From Candidatus Thorarchaeota archaeon (GTDB lineage: Archaea; Asgardarchaeota; Thorarchaeia; Thorarchaeales; Thorarchaeaceae), in the NCBI GenBank assembly GCA_003345595.1, contig PRDI01000018.1, forward strand, positions 1 to 15,889: DNA of 15,889 nt. Direction: 5' to 3'. How positions within the stretch are numbered: position 1 is the stretch's first letter; the number at the start of each line of letters is the position of its first letter. A model generated the notes under the pieces. That model searched no databases, was not told where the DNA came from, and was given only the letters and a program-made list of their open reading frames with translations. The position numbers were made by a program, and so were the translations under genes. Of this stretch, positions 15,714-15,889 are shown in pieces.

Positions 15714-15889
15714 ATGAAGGGCTATGTCACCGCTATTGAGAAAGAAACTCGCAAGAACGCTGATTTTCGCCGTGTGTTGTACACAGGGAAACACAGCCAA
15801 CTGGTGCTCATGAGTCTCAAGCCATTGGAAGAGATAGGTGAAGAAGTACACACTGATGTAGATCAGTTCTTTCGGTTTGAAACAGGGGA
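15714..15889 (+). CDS. Cupin-domain protein (partial, runs off the window)
   Basis: Hand translation: MKGYVTAIEKETRKNADFRRVLYTGKHSQLVLMSLKPLEEIGEEVHTDVDQFFRFETG, typical of small cupin_2 proteins (N..FRRVLYT, QLVLMS, IG.E.H..DQFFR.E.G). An in-frame upstream ATG lies at 15705. Absent from the ORF track. Confidence 0.9.
   Translation, partial: MKGYVTAIEKETRKNADFRRVLYTGKHSQLVLMSLKPLEEIGEEVHTDVDQFFRFETG

Noticed and set aside
821-15851. Remaining short overlapping or antisense ORFs in the track
   Set aside because: They lie within well-supported genes on other frames or strands and show no family motifs.
1-15889. Genome-wide stop codon reassignment (TAG or TGA as sense)
   Set aside because: No recognisable gene is interrupted by an internal TAG or TGA; these codons fall at the expected C-termini of full-length proteins.

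Overview
Gene-dense archaeal-type window, probably from an Asgard archaeon. Thorarchaeia-like is inferred from the IDLTPL-type LRR protein, the split archaeal methylmalonyl-CoA mutase, TATA/BRE-like promoters and heavy TTG start usage. In order it encodes: a partial minus-strand LRR protein missing from the ORF track; a two-subunit family I CoA-transferase; a HAD hydrolase; an orphan helical protein; a methylmalonyl-CoA mutase operon (B12-binding subunit, MeaB, catalytic subunit, epimerase); a small TPR protein; threonine aldolase; an MFS transporter; an atypical Ntn-hydrolase; biotin protein ligase; RNase HIII; an ATC-hydrolase/V4R-like protein; a membrane-anchored M14 carboxypeptidase; and a partial cupin gene. 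No rRNA, tRNA, CRISPR array or mobile element was seen. I cannot establish a new system from sequence alone. The best leads are a structured non-coding element at 652-750 with alternative folds and a K-turn/SECIS-like GA core, an Ntn-hydrolase lacking its catalytic Cys, several in-frame single-stop gene junctions, a 24-residue LRR class, and an archaeal RNase HIII.
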